Source: an archaeon (GTDB taxonomy: Archaea; Asgardarchaeota; Thorarchaeia; Thorarchaeales; Thorarchaeaceae). Taken from it: a stretch of DNA of 32,000 nt. The number at the start of each line of letters is the position of its first letter. Position 1 is the first letter of the stretch. The stretch is from assembly GCA_024275415.1 (NCBI GenBank), contig JAJRZD010000091.1, forward strand, positions 87,470 to 119,469, given 5' to 3'. Below the pieces are notes generated by a model. That model saw nothing but the letters and a program-made list of their open reading frames with translations. It was not told the origin of the DNA and did not search any database. The position numbers and the translations under genes are program-made. This document shows positions 17,077-25,380 of the stretch, in pieces.

Positions 17077-17346
17077 TCTCTGAATGAAGGGATTGGTTGC
17101 AAGCGCCGAAGTCCCCATGCCTTCATCCTTTCCATCCAAATCAGTGAACACTCCCCCAGCCTCTGAAATGATTGTTTCTCTGATGAACTCCTCTGTCCCC
17201 TTATCGGCGATAGTACCCGGAGTGTTGTCCGCCTTCCGTTCCCCCCCTTGAATATTCCCGAACTACTCTAGCGTGATTTTCCCTGCCTCAATTGCGGTCT
17301 TCCTTGCGAAGTCCAAGAAACATTGTTTTTCTTTGTTGGAACTCAT
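17071..17346 (-). pseudogene. Inositol monophosphatase/HisN-family pseudogene with a large internal deletion
   Basis: Manual translation from ATG 17346 gives FLDFARKTAIEAGKITLE*FG..ERKADNTPGTIADKGTEEFIRETI, joined directly to ISEAGGVFTDLDG...SALATN. TAG at 17263-17265; GEE, DPIDGT and WD motifs are absent. Confidence 0.8.
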
Positions 17347-17359
17347 ATCGTTTCAATCC

Positions 17360-17722
17360 CTAGAATGTGATAACTTGGTCTGATGTGGACACCATTCCAA
17401 TAAGTATGCTCATAGTCCCAATCTCGACATTGGGGTGGAGTAGATCTTTGCCTATCCCTCTTGATTTCGTGCATGTGCCACAGCAAACTACCCGACCTCC
17501 AAGTTCAATAATGTCACTAATCAACTCATAGTGATTTGTCATTTGATCAGGATTCTGCCCGTACAATGCACAAAACACCCCGCCTTGAACGAGAAAGACC
17601 TCGATAGAATGTCCTTCATTTAGTGCTGTCCGTGCAAACTTCAGGCCCGTGAAGGCGCTTTCATCCGAGTATGGCTCTGATTTGACTATAACTGTAGTTC
17701 TTGTCATCGTCTTCCCGTCCAC
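17360..17722 (-). CDS. DsrE/DsrF (TusD)-like sulfur-relay protein
   Basis: SEPYSDESAFTGLKFA, VFLVQGGV and CCGTCTKSRGI. The ATG at 17707 is a likely start. Confidence 0.85.
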   Translation of the reverse strand: MDGKTMTRTTVIVKSEPYSDESAFTGLKFARTALNEGHSIEVFLVQGGVFCALYGQNPDQMTNHYELISDIIELGGRVVCCGTCTKSRGIGKDLLHPNVEIGTMSILIGMVSTSDQVITF

Positions 17723-17876
17723 TGTGAGTGATGGGAATCCATGATATACGTCAGAAAAACCTTTGCAGCAAAGCAGTTGTAACTATGGCTTGTTCTGAGT
17801 TTGACTCGCTTTCTTTTTCTCTTGGGAGAGTTTTTAATATCTCGTGATTGACTCCCGTTTCGTTGGAGATAACCCT

Positions 17877-18491
17877 ATGAATCAAGATAGTCTGTCTGTT
17901 GCCGTTCTCGCTGGAGGTGATTCTACTCGATTTGGTTCGCCTAAGGCGCTGGCACTTTTTCACGGACAGCCATTGATATCTCATATGATATCTGTTGCCA
18001 CCGCTCTCAGTTCTAGAATCATAGTCGTTGTGTCGAACTCCGAACAAGAAGATATCATTCGACCACTGGCACCCGATGCAGAGATTGTATCGGATCCAGT
18101 GAATTCCACAAGATCCGCTCTCAATGGGGCACTTACAGCATTTGAATATGCTAGCACAAGGCATACCTTATTGCTACCGGTTGATACGCCACTTGTCAGC
18201 AAGGGACTTCTACAGACGCTCATACAGCTTCGTGACGAACATGGGGCGATTATTCCCTGTTGGCCCAATGGTTATATCGAGCCGCTTCATGGCGTCTATC
18301 TCACAGAGCATGCCTACGCAAGGGGGCTTGATGTCATGAATTCCGAAAAACGACGGATGAAGGATCTACTGGATGCCCTCACCAATGTCCTTTACGTTTC
18401 TACAGAGGTGTTGAAAAGGTTCGATTCAGATCTGAATTCATTCATTAATGTCAATTCACCATCCGACCTCAATCGCTTGGAACAGCTATAG
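17877..18491 (+). CDS. mobA: Molybdenum cofactor guanylyltransferase
   Basis: VLAGGDSTRFGSPKAL, LLLPVDTPLV, IEPLHGVY and FINVNSPSDL; ATG 17877 after GGAG. Confidence 0.9.
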   Translation: MNQDSLSVAVLAGGDSTRFGSPKALALFHGQPLISHMISVATALSSRIIVVVSNSEQEDIIRPLAPDAEIVSDPVNSTRSALNGALTAFEYASTRHTLLLPVDTPLVSKGLLQTLIQLRDEHGAIIPCWPNGYIEPLHGVYLTEHAYARGLDVMNSEKRRMKDLLDALTNVLYVSTEVLKRFDSDLNSFINVNSPSDLNRLEQL

Positions 18492-19568
18492 TCCTCCGCT
18501 CTCATGCCTGATACGACATGTCCCCTCATGCCCAACCATGCAAGGGCCGTAGGGGTCTTCTGGGGTACATCTCTTTCCGAACAGTGAACATTCTGTTGGG
18601 TCTATCATTCCTAGAATTACCTCGTGACATCTACATCCTGGAAGGATATCAACCGACTCTATCGGTGGGAACTCGAATTTCTTACGGGCATCGAACTGAC
18701 TGAATTCAGGTCTGATGAATAGCCCAGAATCAGGGATGACACCAAGCCCTCTCCATGGCGCATCCCCAATTTTGAAGGCATCCGCAATCATCTTTTGAGC
18801 AGCCAAGTTTCCCTCTGGACGGACTACTCTCTTGTACTCGTTCTCAGACTCGCTTCTTCCCTCGTTCATTTGGATTAATAGCATCCTTATCGCCTCAAGC
18901 ACATCTAGAGGCTCGAATCCTGCTGCGACACAGGGGATATTGTGTTTCTGTGCTAAGGGTGTGAATGCATCAGTCCCTATTATAGCGCTCACATGACCTG
19001 GTGTTATAAAACCGTCCACTTCGAGCCCCTCCAGATTAACGAGGATTTCCATGGCAGGTGGGATTACCTTGAGAGATGTAAGGATGGAGAAATTCTCCGG
19101 AGGTCCCCTGATAATTTCCACTGCCATCGTAGGTGCAGTAGTTTCAAAGCCGGCTCCGATGAATACCACCTCACGATGTGGGTTCTTCCGTGCAATCTCC
19201 ACTGCGTCATGCGCACCATAGACAACACGGACATCTGCACCTTTAGCACGTTCCTTTTCGAGGGACGATGATGTAGAAGGTACGCTGATCATATCGCCAA
19301 AAGAAGTTATGATATGTCCCTGTCTAGCCAGCTCGATGCCCATGTCTACATCTATAGCTGCGCATACACAGACCGGACACCCTGGTCCGGCAATCAGCGT
19401 GATTTCCTCGGGTAGGAGTGTCCGCAATCCATGGCTACTAATCGTGTCTTCGTGTGTTCCACACACATGCACGATTCGCGCTTTTCGTTCGGCTGATAGT
19501 TTCCGAATTTCTTGCACTAGCACCTTGGCATATCGTGAGCTGCGAAAATCGTGTTGCTCCAAGGTCAT
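18486..19568 (-). CDS. hypD: [NiFe]-hydrogenase maturation protein HypD
   Basis: HVCGTHE, GPGCPVC, SFGDM, GFETT, PGHVSAIIG, GFEP, C-terminal CRC...C...C cluster motif and PCMV. Confidence 0.95.
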   Translation of the reverse strand: MTLEQHDFRSSRYAKVLVQEIRKLSAERKARIVHVCGTHEDTISSHGLRTLLPEEITLIAGPGCPVCVCAAIDVDMGIELARQGHIITSFGDMISVPSTSSSLEKERAKGADVRVVYGAHDAVEIARKNPHREVVFIGAGFETTAPTMAVEIIRGPPENFSILTSLKVIPPAMEILVNLEGLEVDGFITPGHVSAIIGTDAFTPLAQKHNIPCVAAGFEPLDVLEAIRMLLIQMNEGRSESENEYKRVVRPEGNLAAQKMIADAFKIGDAPWRGLGVIPDSGLFIRPEFSQFDARKKFEFPPIESVDILPGCRCHEVILGMIDPTECSLFGKRCTPEDPYGPCMVGHEGTCRIRHESGGL

Positions 19569-19626
19569 TCCTCTAGGTAGTGATAATCTAGGCATCGAAT
19601 AAAGCTAATTATGCGACGTAGGCTGT

Positions 19627-19842
19627 TCACTTCTTCCCATACGAGTCGAGGATGACCAATGCCTCTCCCAGTGAGATCGACAACATACTGGCAAGCTCCC
19701 TTGGTGAGATATCAGGATTTTCTGGGATGATTTTTTCGTGTGCATATCCCATCAATCCTGCATATAGCGGACTTCTCCTTGTAGTTTCAACAAGGATTGG
19801 CCACAGTGGGCTGGTCTTGAACTTTGAGAGGTCAATATCCAT
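19627..19842 (-). CDS. Small hypothetical protein with C-terminal HTH-like motif
   Basis: NPDISPRELASMLSISLGEALVIL. ATG 19842 is preferred; the upstream part of the track ORF does not look protein-like. Confidence 0.6.
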   Translation of the reverse strand: MDIDLSKFKTSPLWPILVETTRRSPLYAGLMGYAHEKIIPENPDISPRELASMLSISLGEALVILDSYGKK

Positions 19843-20153
19843 AAGTCGTGTTGATGTACTCTCTCTCCGACGTATTGAACTACTTTTCACAATTGGAGGA
19901 TTTTGTGGCTGTTTGTTTAGTCTAGCTTGTTTCAATAGGCGTCCCATCCATGAATTCCAGGCTGGTCTCGATTGTCGCCAATCACTGACCACGCATGTGT
20001 TGCCAGAACATGATTATAAGCATTGGGGGAATATTTTGTAACTCCGTCGGATACTTTTGCGAGAACAACCAACTTATCTAACGCATTTTATACCAATCAG
20101 TAAGCTTTAACAATGAATTCTCTACCTCCCACACTCGAAGAAATGCAGGCCAT

Positions 20154-20477
20154 ATGGCCGTTGTGGGGTTTGAGATAAAATTGCCGCATGGCATTCGAAG
20201 AATTGTATTAGACGTTTTGAAACCGCACACTCCTCGACTTACTGATCTTGCTTTGATGATATCCCAAGATGAGCGAGTCGACGGTGTGAACATATCGTTG
20301 AAAGAAGTCGACCAGAACACAGAGTCAATCACTGTGACTCTCGAAGGAAACAATATCAAATTCGAGAGCATAAAGGAGATACTTCAGGAGGCCGGGGCTG
20401 TCATCCACTCAATCGATCAGGTCGTTGCCGGTAAAGTATTGATTGAGGAGGTCACCTTACAGCCCGAAAATTCGTAG
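20154..20477 (+). CDS. DUF211-family protein
   Basis: [25 protein letters not shown] and [13 protein letters not shown]. True start may be about 9 codons later (TTG 20181). Confidence 0.85.
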   Translation: MAVVGFEIKLPHGIRRIVLDVLKPHTPRLTDLALMISQDERVDGVNISLKEVDQNTESITVTLEGNNIKFESIKEILQEAGAVIHSIDQVVAGKVLIEEVTLQPENS

Positions 20478-21092
20478 TCATTTTCCACGAAGCTGGTTCA
20501 ACAATCTCTTGCTTTCCTCGTCAATCATACGTTGGACTAGAGTTTGCAGCTCTTGTTCGAAAGCGACTGGGACAATATTGACAATATTGCAGAGTCTATC
20601 GACGATTTTCTGAGCCAAGGTAAACGGCGAAACCATGGAGTTTGACACCACACTTCTTACCACCTCTTCGCCGACACTACCTCTGACTACGGAGGAAATC
20701 ACACTCGAGATAGTCCCTTGAGGGTCTACGAAAAATGGTAGATGGTTTCTGTCATGGAGCACCAAGAATCCGAGCTTCTCCACGATGCTATCAGTGTACC
20801 ATTCGAGGCTCGACTCTTTCATCCTCAATTTCATAGCGAACTCGGTCTTGGTCAAGGGATTCGGGTAGCTCCAAGGATGCCTTGTCACCATGTATAATGC
20901 TGCTCCGAAGAAAGGATCTGGCTCTCGCGGTGCTCCTTCCTGTGAGATATACCTCCTGATGAGATCCAGGGCCATGACTTGGTAGTTATCATCGATTCGG
21001 TTCTCAATGAAAAATTGATGGGCATCCCGTATCATGGTGACTACAACTTTAGAACTGACGTTCATCTCGCTTGACCCATATCGATACTCCAT
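20478..21092 (-). CDS. Protein with a single TFIIB/cyclin-like repeat and an unknown C-terminal domain
   Basis: ALDLIRRY..REPDPFFGAALYMVTR..LTKTEFAMKLRMKESSLEWYTDSIVEKLG parallels the TFB repeat-2 consensus. No Zn ribbon. Confidence 0.55.
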   Translation of the reverse strand: MEYRYGSSEMNVSSKVVVTMIRDAHQFFIENRIDDNYQVMALDLIRRYISQEGAPREPDPFFGAALYMVTRHPWSYPNPLTKTEFAMKLRMKESSLEWYTDSIVEKLGFLVLHDRNHLPFFVDPQGTISSVISSVVRGSVGEEVVRSVVSNSMVSPFTLAQKIVDRLCNIVNIVPVAFEQELQTLVQRMIDEESKRLLNQLRGK

Positions 21093-21200
21093 CTTTTCTT
21101 CACTCGGATCTCTTTGTGTATCCTATGAACATTCACACTCCCTTAAAACTCCATAGGAAACAGAGGTCGATTTGGCTCCTATTGGGCGCCTTCTGACAAT

Positions 21201-21779
21201 CTATTTCGCACTATATGTTTTTTCCAGAGACCACCTGAGTGATCGTTCGATCTCTTTCAATCTTGCTTCAGATCTATAGTTCCGGATGACAATCTCTTCT
21301 AGGATGCCATCCTCGGCCTTGACCTCGAAATCAAATGCGTCTTCCCAAGTCAGGCTTCCCTCTTCTACCTTGGTTCGATCCTCTTTCTGGAATTTCCCAA
21401 GGATCCGCTCGACAAAAAACCTTGCAAATGCACCCTTCTTGATGTCATAGGATGCTCGTTCAGATGGGATAGCACGAATCTCGTTTTTCGTAATATCCAG
21501 GGTTGCCAATACCAACTTTCTGCTGTAGTCATATAACATCACACTACGTGATTCAGGAATCGTAGTGCGTTCAGGCTTGGTAGGAACCGACTCGGTAGGA
21601 TCTGTTTCACTGAGAGATGCGTCGGCAGTGGCAAAACTTTTCGAGATAATGATTGCAGTCAATGCCTCTATGAATCCCTCAATTTGCTGGATTCGATGCC
21701 TGAGGTCTTCGAGTTCTTCCTCGAGATTCTTCTTCAATTCTAGTAGTACTGGTATTCTCGAGTCTGCCATAATCGCCAC
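21201..21779 (-). CDS. Conserved-looking hypothetical protein with N-terminal coiled coil
   Basis: Heptad LKKNLEEELEDLRHRIQQIE, a flexible linker, then an alpha/beta domain ending IVIRNYRSEARLKEI. Confidence 0.75.
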   Translation of the reverse strand: MAIMADSRIPVLLELKKNLEEELEDLRHRIQQIEGFIEALTAIIISKSFATADASLSETDPTESVPTKPERTTIPESRSVMLYDYSRKLVLATLDITKNEIRAIPSERASYDIKKGAFARFFVERILGKFQKEDRTKVEEGSLTWEDAFDFEVKAEDGILEEIVIRNYRSEARLKEIERSLRWSLEKTYSAK

Positions 21780-21891
21780 CTAGGTATCAATGGGCATTCA
21801 TATTGTGTCTTCTAATCTATTTTATCATGTGTGTTATGATTTAACGTCGTATGCATGTTACCAACTCATTCGTATCACGTAATGCTGCTCC

Positions 21892-22113
21892 TTATTTCCG
21901 CTCGATAACCTTGATTGCGAAGTCTGGGCAATGCATTTCACACCTGTGACACACTGTACATGCATCGAGATTCTCAACTTCAGGAAGGAAGAACCCCCTA
22001 TTGTCCACCCGTTCGGTTTGTTTCAGGACAGAATGAGGACATACGGCTATGCAAATATGACAGCCCTTGCATAGACGGGGATTGACAACTATTTCCTTTG
22101 CCTTCCTAGCCAT
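21892..22113 (-). CDS. 2x[4Fe-4S] ferredoxin (2-oxoacid:ferredoxin oxidoreductase delta-subunit-like)
   Basis: CKGCHICIAVCP and CTVCHRCEMHCPDFAI. Confidence 0.9.
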   Translation of the reverse strand: MARKAKEIVVNPRLCKGCHICIAVCPHSVLKQTERVDNRGFFLPEVENLDACTVCHRCEMHCPDFAIKVIERK

Positions 22114-22234
22114 CTATTGATGACCTCCAAGCTCGGCAGCCATCTTTAAGTTATAACAATATTCATCTGGTAACCCATTCGAGCAGATTATATTGGGAAC
22201 GACATACTTCCTAGTTGAGGTCGGTGAGCACTCG

Positions 22235-22945
22235 TTGAGCAGTTTCTTTGTTTTCATGTGTCCCAAATGCCGAAATTTCACTAATGCTCCCGTCGGGCAA
22301 AAACGACGAAGATGCAGTTATTGCGGAAGCATCATCGATATCACCAAGGCCGCAGTAGTTTTGGTTGACAGCCCTGAAGCTGCTTCTACTGCTGTGAAGA
22401 TATACAATGCATCTCGCGGTGGGGATGAGTTTGAGAAAGCTGTCGAACGTTCACGTGAACGGGTGAAGTCCTTGGTTCCCGCAGAAAGAATCTCCTCGTC
22501 TGGGCTGACACTGGAAGAGGATGTTCCTCCCACAGGGAAACGGGCACGGTTGTTGTCTATACTTGAGGAACGAGCTGCGACCAATCCTATCTCTCTTACA
22601 GAGCTGGAAAAGCTTTGTAACGCCAGCAAGTTAAGCTGGACTTGGGTTGAAAAACAACTTACTGCCATGGGGAATAGTGGGATGCTCATATTTCCGAAAC
22701 CTTGGACAGTGAAACTTGTACGGGACATTGGAAAGGCTGAAGAGCCTCAAGCGGTAATTGTTGATGTTAGCGATGACATCCTTGGGTTACTTAACCAAGA
22801 GAAAAAGCCTCTCCGCATTGATGCCATCATAGGTCATTTTGATAAACGATCCATCTCATCTGCATCTGTCATCGCTTCATTGGAGAAGCTGATGAGTGCA
22901 GGTGAAATCTACGAGCCCCGTCAGGGACATGTTTCCATCGTCTGA
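22235..22945 (+). CDS. DUF1922-like Zn-ribbon protein with two C-terminal winged helices
   Basis: CPKC...CSYC, followed by wHTH units ending LIFPKPWTVKLV and GEIYEPRQGHVSIV; TTG 22235 after GGTGAG. Confidence 0.7.
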   Translation: MSSFFVFMCPKCRNFTNAPVGQKRRRCSYCGSIIDITKAAVVLVDSPEAASTAVKIYNASRGGDEFEKAVERSRERVKSLVPAERISSSGLTLEEDVPPTGKRARLLSILEERAATNPISLTELEKLCNASKLSWTWVEKQLTAMGNSGMLIFPKPWTVKLVRDIGKAEEPQAVIVDVSDDILGLLNQEKKPLRIDAIIGHFDKRSISSASVIASLEKLMSAGEIYEPRQGHVSIV

Positions 22946-22988
22946 CGTTGTTCCGAACGATTCAATAGGGCTCGATGAGTCTTAGAAT

Positions 22989-23387
22989 GTGAGTTTCATG
23001 CCCATTGTCGAGCTAGTTGCGAAGAAGACATTGAAGAGGAATCCGACCCTCGGGGTGTCAGTCATCGACCTTATCGTTCTGCTCTGGCTTTTTTCTAACC
23101 CTTATTACAGTAAGAGACGGCAAGTCAGCTCGATTCGTAACGTTCTCAAGATGACCGAAACTCTCCAGACCCCTGGGAAGGGTATCGAGCTTACCGATGA
23201 TGAAGTGACACAAATCGTGCTTGGGAGCCTTGACACCCTCCAGAAGAAAGGACTGGTCTATCTACGATCCGCGGGAATTCATTTCATCAAGGGGACTCTT
23301 ACAGAGGCAGGGTTGAGCCTAATAGAGAGATCTGTTGACTCTCCTTCACTGCGTCGTGTGACTGCCGAGTTCGGGAACAACCCCTGA
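22989..23387 (+). CDS. Hypothetical winged-helix protein
   Basis: LGSLDTLQKKGLVY...GTLTEAGLSLIE is a MarR/PadR-like wing. Confidence 0.65.
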   Translation: MSFMPIVELVAKKTLKRNPTLGVSVIDLIVLLWLFSNPYYSKRRQVSSIRNVLKMTETLQTPGKGIELTDDEVTQIVLGSLDTLQKKGLVYLRSAGIHFIKGTLTEAGLSLIERSVDSPSLRRVTAEFGNNP

Positions 23388-23560
23388 ATTTGGGTGATCT
23401 TTCGGTTCTATGGAGTAAGTCGAGCGAAGAAATAAAAGATCACATCCGAACATTGGAATAAATGTGAAAGATTTGATGCCCTGAAGGAAGTCGACTCGTG
23501 AATTACCACTCTCAATATCAGATCATGGACTTATTCCACAGGGGCTGGTCTTTCATAATA

Positions 23561-23568
23561 CTTTTAAG
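23561..23568 (+). promoter_or_regulatory. Putative TATA box (CTTTTAAG) of the ribosomal operon
   Basis: Best TATA-like box in the 390-nt gap; it implies a leader of about 190 nt. Confidence 0.45.
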
Positions 23569-23591
23569 GACACTCTGATGCGCTGTCCTCT

Positions 23592-23780
23592 GTCGCTCTC
23601 TGAAAATAGTTGTTTCAGAACGGAAGGAAGCAGTGCAAGCATCTTTGTTCTGCTCGCGAGAACCGCTTGCATACGTGTGCCGAAAGTTCTGGGGTGACTG
23701 TTGAGATCGATAGATGAACCTACAGTTGCCCTGCTTGAGCAAGGCGATTTGAGTAAAAAATAACGCACCGGAAGTGAGGC
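23592..23780 (+). ncRNA. Putative structured 5' leader of the uL22-uS5 operon
   Basis: Three consecutive stems: 23599-23619 (7 bp), 23634-23671 (7+5 bp) and 23692-23731 (10 bp with 2 G-U). Confidence 0.45.
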
Positions 23781-24248
23781 ATGATGCCATCTTATCGATA
23801 TTCCATAATAGGCATTGATCCAGACAGGACTGCTATTTCCAGCGGACGCAATATGAGATGCTCTCCAAAGCATTGTAGAGAGGTATGCAATGCCATCAGG
23901 GGAATGATGCTGGATAAGGCAATCGAGCTCCTTGAGAGTGTTGTCGAGGAAAAGGCTTGGATTCCTTATCGTCGGCATAAGAAAAAGCGAGGACACCATC
24001 CTGGCATGAAAAAATGGGGACCAGGTGGTCATCCAGTCAAAGCATCTCAGCACATTCTAAAAGTCCTGAAGAATGCTGAAGCGAATGCCGACAACAAGGG
24101 CTTGGACATCGACAGGCTCAAAGTAGTTCATGCTGCTGCACAAAGAGGACGTACCTACAAGAAGTACATCGAACGTGCCTTCGGTCGAAGCACTCCGTAC
24201 TTTGAGAACACTTCCCATGTTGAGATTGTATTAGAAGAGGTGGCGTGA
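23781..24248 (+). CDS. rpl22p: 50S ribosomal protein uL22
   Basis: SPKHCREVCNAIRGM, GHPVKAS, YIERAFGRSTP, SHVEIVL. Confidence 0.96.
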   Translation: MMPSYRYSIIGIDPDRTAISSGRNMRCSPKHCREVCNAIRGMMLDKAIELLESVVEEKAWIPYRRHKKKRGHHPGMKKWGPGGHPVKASQHILKVLKNAEANADNKGLDIDRLKVVHAAAQRGRTYKKYIERAFGRSTPYFENTSHVEIVLEEVA

Positions 24249-25168
24249 TGTCTGCTATCAAGTACTTCATTGAGCAAAACATAAGGAAACTCACGATTGA
24301 TGAATTCCTTGGATACGAGCTGAATTCTGCTGGATATGGTGGTGTTGAGATCCGGAAGATGCCGATGAGAACAGAGGTTGTGATTCACGCGTCCCGTCCT
24401 GGTGTCGTCATTGGACGACGTGGTTCAAAGATCAGAGAACTCACAGATATATTAGAGCATGACTTCGGAATCGAGAACGTTCAAGTCGAGGTTTCAGAGA
24501 TAGAGAATCCTTGGCTGAATGCCCAAGTGATGGCTTCACGTCTTGCCAGACAACTCGAACGAGGAGTCCGTTTCAGGAGAATGGCTTATTGGATCCTTCG
24601 AAGGGTCATGCGTGCCGGTGCGATTGGTTGTGAGATTATTGTTAAGGGGAAGCTGTCCAGCAGACGTGCTCGATACCAGAAGTTCAGGCAAGGCACTATC
24701 GCTAAGACTGGAGAACCAGCGACCCTTTTTGTTGATGAAGCTGATGACAAGGCAATCCTGAAGCCTGGAGTGATTGGTGTTAAGGTTCGAATTATGCGTC
24801 CTGATGCCAAGCTGCCTGGTGTTGTCACTGTCAAGAAACCGAAAGCGAAGAAGAAGAAAAGGATTCCCGTGGCCGCAGAGGAACTGGAAACTGTTGAGGA
24901 AGTGGCGGAAGATGTTGTTGAAAAAGGACTCGAGGGAATCACTGACATTGACGAACTCCGGGAACTTGAGGAATTGGACGGACTGGAGTTGGTCGGAGAT
25001 GCTGAGACCGAAGACACTTCTAGCGAGCCCGACAAACCCGTTGCTATTGAACCAGAGAGCAAAGAAGAGCCAGTTCCCGAATCAGAAGAAGCTCCATCTG
25101 AAATTGACGAGGACGCCCTAAAGGAGCTAGAGGAACTGGATATCCTTGATGAAGGAGGCGAAGAGTAA
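24248..25168 (+). CDS. rps3p: 30S ribosomal protein uS3 with an acidic tail of about 95 aa
   Basis: AGYGGVEI, RPGVVIGRRG, GCEIIVKGKL, GVIGVKVRIM; TGATG coupling to uL22. Confidence 0.96.
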   Translation: MSAIKYFIEQNIRKLTIDEFLGYELNSAGYGGVEIRKMPMRTEVVIHASRPGVVIGRRGSKIRELTDILEHDFGIENVQVEVSEIENPWLNAQVMASRLARQLERGVRFRRMAYWILRRVMRAGAIGCEIIVKGKLSSRRARYQKFRQGTIAKTGEPATLFVDEADDKAILKPGVIGVKVRIMRPDAKLPGVVTVKKPKAKKKKRIPVAAEELETVEEVAEDVVEKGLEGITDIDELRELEELDGLELVGDAETEDTSSEPDKPVAIEPESKEEPVPESEEAPSEIDEDALKELEELDILDEGGEE

Positions 25169-25380
25169 TGCCGCAACTTACTGCTAAAGACATTCGGAAG
25201 TTGACCCCGGCAGAGCGTCAGAAGAAGCTACGAGAACTCTATGACGAACTCTCATCTATTAGAGTTGATCTTGCTACCGGTGGTGGGACAGAGAATCCCT
25301 ACAAGATACGTGCCGTGAAGAAGGCGATTGCACGCATTCTCACTGTGGAACGAGAAGAGGAGTTGAAAGTGTCAGAATGA
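25168..25380 (+). CDS. rpl29p: 50S ribosomal protein uL29
   Basis: ENPYKIRAVKKAIARILT. Confidence 0.95.
   Translation: MPQLTAKDIRKLTPAERQKKLRELYDELSSIRVDLATGGGTENPYKIRAVKKAIARILTVEREEELKVSE

Noticed and set aside
17023-17265. In-frame TGA (17023, +) and TAG (17263, -) as possible Sec or Pyl recoding
   Set aside because: They replace expected Gly and Tyr by single-base changes in genes already truncated or deleted, so they are best read as ordinary nonsense mutations.
23614-23633. TCAGAACGGAAGGAAGCAG resembles SRP RNA helix 8 (CAGGUCCGGAAGGAAGCAG)
   Set aside because: The CAGG loop and 3-bp closing stem are broken, and no GC-rich SRP scaffold of about 300 nt surrounds it. An Rfam scan would settle it.
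23518-23790. Minus-strand ORF containing SPQNFRHTYAS, which resembles the tyrosine-recombinase HxxRH box
   Set aside because: The first His is missing, the next His is about 33 aa away instead of about 23, and no catalytic Tyr follows. The region is better explained as the plus-strand promoter and leader.
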